Origin: Clostridia bacterium | GTDB lineage: Bacteria > Bacillota > Clostridia > UMGS1840 | Direction: 5' to 3' | Assembly (NCBI GenBank): GCA_017625695.1 | Contig: JAGAKI010000079.1 | Location: forward strand, 2,312-66,311 | Length of the DNA: 64,000 bases | Shown here: positions 60,640-64,000 of the stretch, piece after piece | How the letters are laid out: every line of letters starts with the position of its first letter | How positions within the stretch are numbered: position 1 is the stretch's first letter | Made by a program: the position numbers and the translations under genes | Notes under the pieces: model-generated | The model's input: the letters and a program-made list of their open reading frames with translations, nothing else | What the model was told of the DNA's origin: nothing | Databases searched by the model: none

Positions 60640-61200
60640 ATGCAGGTAAACGGCTTTAAAAAATCCGTGTTCGGCGGTCTCAAAAAAGACGAGGTGCTGA
60701 CCTATCTTGAGCAGATGTCCCGTGATGTGGAAGCAAAAATCCGCAATAAGGATGACGATATCCGTGAACTGAAAAAAGAGCTTTCCGAAAAGAAAGAAAA
60801 AGTGAAGGATTTAAAGAAAGAATTAGAAGACCAGAAAGAATCCTACGAAAAGAAACTTTCCTTGCAGGAAGCGGAATATAAGGAAAAATCCGAAGAGCTA
60901 AAAGAAGCGTTCCGCAAAGAAAAGGAAGAACTGCTGGAAAAGTTAAACGATATTAAAGTACAGTTCACTTTAGAAAAAGAAAAAATCGGCAGAGCCCTTC
61001 TCACCGCAGAGGAAACTGCAAACGGCATCATTGAAAACGCCAAAAAACAGGGAGACGAAATGATTGCCGAAGCCAAGAAGAAAGCCGATATCGAAAAAGA
61101 ACGTTATAAAAAGCAGAAAGCCGATGTCACCGACTTTACCTACGACATCAAAAAACTGATGGAAAAGCTGACTGCCGACTTGAAAGAACGTTTGGACTAA
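60640..61200 (+). CDS. DivIVA-like coiled-coil protein
   Basis: FKKSVFGGLKKDEVLTYLE N-terminus followed by a long coiled coil. Confidence 0.7.
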   Translation: MQVNGFKKSVFGGLKKDEVLTYLEQMSRDVEAKIRNKDDDIRELKKELSEKKEKVKDLKKELEDQKESYEKKLSLQEAEYKEKSEELKEAFRKEKEELLEKLNDIKVQFTLEKEKIGRALLTAEETANGIIENAKKQGDEMIAEAKKKADIEKERYKKQKADVTDFTYDIKKLMEKLTADLKERLD

Positions 61201-61202
61201 TG

Positions 61203-61244
61203 AAAAAAAGACGAAATTCGTTGCTCACGGATTTCGTCTTTTTT
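61203..61244. terminator. Bidirectional terminator
   Basis: aaaaaagacgaaat...atttcgtctttttt between convergent genes. Confidence 0.8.
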
Positions 61245-61281
61245 GATACAATATGACATAGGGAAAAGAAACTCTCTGCCG

Positions 61282-61524
61282 TTACTGGGCAAGATAGCTC
61301 TTTAACAGCTCTTCCATAATTTCATCCCGCTCCAGTTTGGCAAGCAAAGCCCTTGCATTATTGTAGCTGGTGATGTAGGTGGGGTCGCCTGACATAATAT
61401 ATCCCACAATCTGATTGATGGGGTTGTATCCTTTTTCTTTTAATGATTCATATACGGAAAAAAGAATTTCACGGATATTCTTTTCGTCATCTTTCGGTAA
61501 TTGGACCAATCTTGTTTCGCCCAT
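61282..61524 (-). CDS. IreB/UPF0297 family protein
   Basis: [31 protein letters not shown]. Confidence 0.93.
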   Translation of the reverse strand: MGETRLVQLPKDDEKNIREILFSVYESLKEKGYNPINQIVGYIMSGDPTYITSYNNARALLAKLERDEIMEELLKSYLAQ

Positions 61525-61825
61525 TGGGATCATTCCTTTCCGAATCAATTTTAACCTTCTTAAGGTGTATTGACATTATAACACGGGTTTCAAAAGATTT
61601 CAACTGTTTTCACAAGAACTTCATAGAAATGAAAAAAATTTTTAAAAAAATTGTAAAAAACCTTGATTTTTGGAAAAAGATATGTTATACTGTTCGAGAA
61701 TTCGCACGCGCCCTCATACAAACCCGGTGACAAAGTTAAATTTTTTCATGGCTTTGTTCGTTTGTAAGTGAAGCATTTTCAAGGCTTTGCTCGGCGCCGA
61801 GGAACAACCAGAAAGGAACATTATT

Positions 61826-62557
61826 ATGAGCAACGTAATCTCCATGAAACAGTTACTGGAAGCAGGCGTTCACTTCGGTCATCAGACCAGAAGATGGAAC
61901 CCCAAAATGGCTCCGTACATCTTCACCGAAAGAAACGGAATCTACATTATCGACTTACAGAAAACTCTGAAAAAAGTAGAAGAAGCTTACTACTTTGTCA
62001 GAGATATCGCAGCTCAGGGCGGCGAAATTCTGTTTGTTGGTACCAAAAAACAGGCTGCAGACGCTGTCAAAGCAGAAGCTGAAAGAATCGGCATGTACTA
62101 TGTAAACGCAAGATGGTTAGGCGGTATGTTAACCAACTTCAAAACCATCCGCAGAAGAATTGACAGACTCTTCCAGTTAAACAAAATGGAAGAAGACGGT
62201 ACCTTTGATTTACTGCCGAAAAAAGAAGTTATCAAATTAAACTTAGAAAGAGAAAAATTAGAAAAATACCTGGGCGGTATCAAAAACATGAAAAAGCTCC
62301 CCAGCGTTTTGTTTGTTGTTGACCCCAGAAAAGAAAGAAACGCTATCTTAGAAGCGAAAAAACTGCACATCCCCGTTGTTGCTATCGTTGACACCAACTG
62401 TGACCCCGATGAAGTTGACTACGTAATCCCCGGTAACGACGATGCAATCCGTGCTGTAAAACTGATTGCTGAAACCATGGCTAACGCTATGATTGAAGGC
62501 AAAGAAGGCGCAGCTGTAGCAATGGAAGAAGAAACCGACGAAGGAGCAGCTGAATAA
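61826..62557 (+). CDS. rpsB: 30S ribosomal protein S2
   Basis: [27 protein letters not shown]. Confidence 0.99.
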   Translation: MSNVISMKQLLEAGVHFGHQTRRWNPKMAPYIFTERNGIYIIDLQKTLKKVEEAYYFVRDIAAQGGEILFVGTKKQAADAVKAEAERIGMYYVNARWLGGMLTNFKTIRRRIDRLFQLNKMEEDGTFDLLPKKEVIKLNLEREKLEKYLGGIKNMKKLPSVLFVVDPRKERNAILEAKKLHIPVVAIVDTNCDPDEVDYVIPGNDDAIRAVKLIAETMANAMIEGKEGAAVAMEEETDEGAAE

Positions 62558-62637
62558 TTTAGAAACTGATTTTTATGAAAATAGGCAACCTTGCGCTTGC
62601 CTATTTTCCATATGATAAAGAAAAGGAGAATTTTATT

Positions 62638-63525
62638 ATGGTTACACCTCAGATGGTTAAAGAATTAAGAGAAATCACCGGTTGCGGTATGATGGACTGT
62701 AAAAAAGCATTATCCGAAACCAATGGCGATATGGACAAAGCGGTTGAATTTTTAAGAGAAAAAGGCCTGGCTGCTGCTGCAAAAAAAGCAGGCAGAATTG
62801 CTGCTGAAGGTATTGTTTCTGACTTTACCTGTGACGGCGTTGGCGTTATCATCGAAGTAAACTCTGAAACCGACTTCGTTGGTAAAAATGCAGATTTCCA
62901 GACGTTTGTAAAAGATTTAGCTGAAATCGTTGCAAAAGAAAATCCCGCTGATGTTGATGCACTGTTAAAATTAGCTTACAAAGATTCCGGCATGAGCGTT
63001 GAAGAAATGTTAAGAGACAAAATCTTAACCATCGGCGAAAATATGACCATCAGAAGATTTGAAAGATATGAAGGTGCTGTTGCTACCTACATCCACGGCG
63101 GCGGAAGAATCGGTGTTATGGTTCAGGCTGAAAACGCTTTAGACGGCGATGCTTACGAAGCAGCTCGTGATGCAGCGATGCAGATTGCAGCTATCAACCC
63201 CACCTATTTAGACAAATCCACCGTTCCTCAGGAAGATATCGATAAAGAAAAGAAAATCTTAATCGAACAGATTAAAAACGATCCCAAATCTGCCGGCAAA
63301 CCCGACCAGATTATTGAAAAAATGGTTATGGGCAGAATTTCCAAATTCTACACCTTAAACTGCTTAAACCAGCAGGAATTCGTAAAAGATTCCGACAAAA
63401 CTGTGGAACAGTATCTGTCTTCCAAAGGCGTAAAACTGGTAAAATTTGTTCGTTTTGAAAAAGGCGAAGGCTTAGAAAAGAAAGTTGACAACTTTGCAGA
63501 AGAAGTTGCAAATATGTCCAAATAA
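62638..63525 (+). CDS. tsf: Elongation factor Ts
   Basis: VKELREITGCGMMDCKKAL, EVNSETDFV. Confidence 0.99.
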   Translation: MVTPQMVKELREITGCGMMDCKKALSETNGDMDKAVEFLREKGLAAAAKKAGRIAAEGIVSDFTCDGVGVIIEVNSETDFVGKNADFQTFVKDLAEIVAKENPADVDALLKLAYKDSGMSVEEMLRDKILTIGENMTIRRFERYEGAVATYIHGGGRIGVMVQAENALDGDAYEAARDAAMQIAAINPTYLDKSTVPQEDIDKEKKILIEQIKNDPKSAGKPDQIIEKMVMGRISKFYTLNCLNQQEFVKDSDKTVEQYLSSKGVKLVKFVRFEKGEGLEKKVDNFAEEVANMSK

Positions 63526-63727
63526 TTGTTACAATCCGAAATGGCAAGCACCAACTTCTGATGCTTGCCATTTTTACAGCACAGCCATTGGCTGTTCTTC
63601 CCGCCTTCGGCGGCGGTTCTCTCCAACTGACAGAGGACAAGCACATCTCGCAAATTGAGGATTCGTTAAAAAGGAAAAGAAACTGTTTTCTATCGGAAAG
63701 CAGAAATTATAGAGAGGATTGAAAAAA

Positions 63728-64000
63728 ATGCAACCGATTTATAAAAGAGTATTGTTAAAAATCAGCGGCGAAGCACTGGCAGGCGAAAACGGCTTCGGCT
63801 TGGACTTTAATGTAATTGCCAACATTGGCAAACAAGTGAAAAAATGTGTGAGCATGGGTGTTCAGGTGGCCATCGTAGTAGGCGGCGGCAACTTCTGGAG
63901 AGGAAGAACCGGCGAAAATATGGACAGAACCCGTGCAGACCATATGGGGATGCTGGCAACTGCCATCAACTCGTTAGCCATTGCAGATTCTTTAGAAGCG
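63728..64000 (+). CDS. pyrH: UMP kinase, N-terminal part (runs off window end)
   Basis: [38 protein letters not shown]; follows tsf. Confidence 0.97.
   Translation, partial: MQPIYKRVLLKISGEALAGENGFGLDFNVIANIGKQVKKCVSMGVQVAIVVGGGNFWRGRTGENMDRTRADHMGMLATAINSLAIADSLEA

Overview
A 64-kb chromosomal window from a low-GC Firmicute, most likely a Clostridia member (inferred from gene content, SigA-type promoters and GGAGG RBSs). The housekeeping backbone includes uvrA (partial), uvrB, a PPK2-type phosphotransferase, rplM-rpsI, purC, fucI, ddh, tmk, ruvX, a Clp ATPase, ricT, holB, ybeY, ilvE and rpsB-tsf-pyrH (partial). Four accessory features stand out. (1) A ~13.4-kb AT-rich phage-satellite-like element is integrated in the 3' end of rpsI. 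It has a tyrosine integrase, a divergent HTH pair, a P4/D5-type primase-helicase followed by an iteron origin, three late-type regulators and an excisionase-like gene. Its only recognisable virion gene is an intact 1070-aa tape measure protein; no capsid, portal, large terminase, tail tube or lysis genes are seen. (2) A locus couples cpsC/cpsD/cpsB-like polysaccharide-control genes to a PqqD/RRE protein, an S24/S26 peptidase and an ABC exporter. Downstream lie cohesin/dockerin-like surface proteins and a 53-aa YxxPxV-leader peptide that the ORF track misses. (3) A DUF559 endonuclease gene is bracketed by inverted REP-like palindromes. (4) Several other palindromic repeat families occur, one with covarying stems. 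All assignments come from reading motifs by eye; no database searches or folding computations were run.
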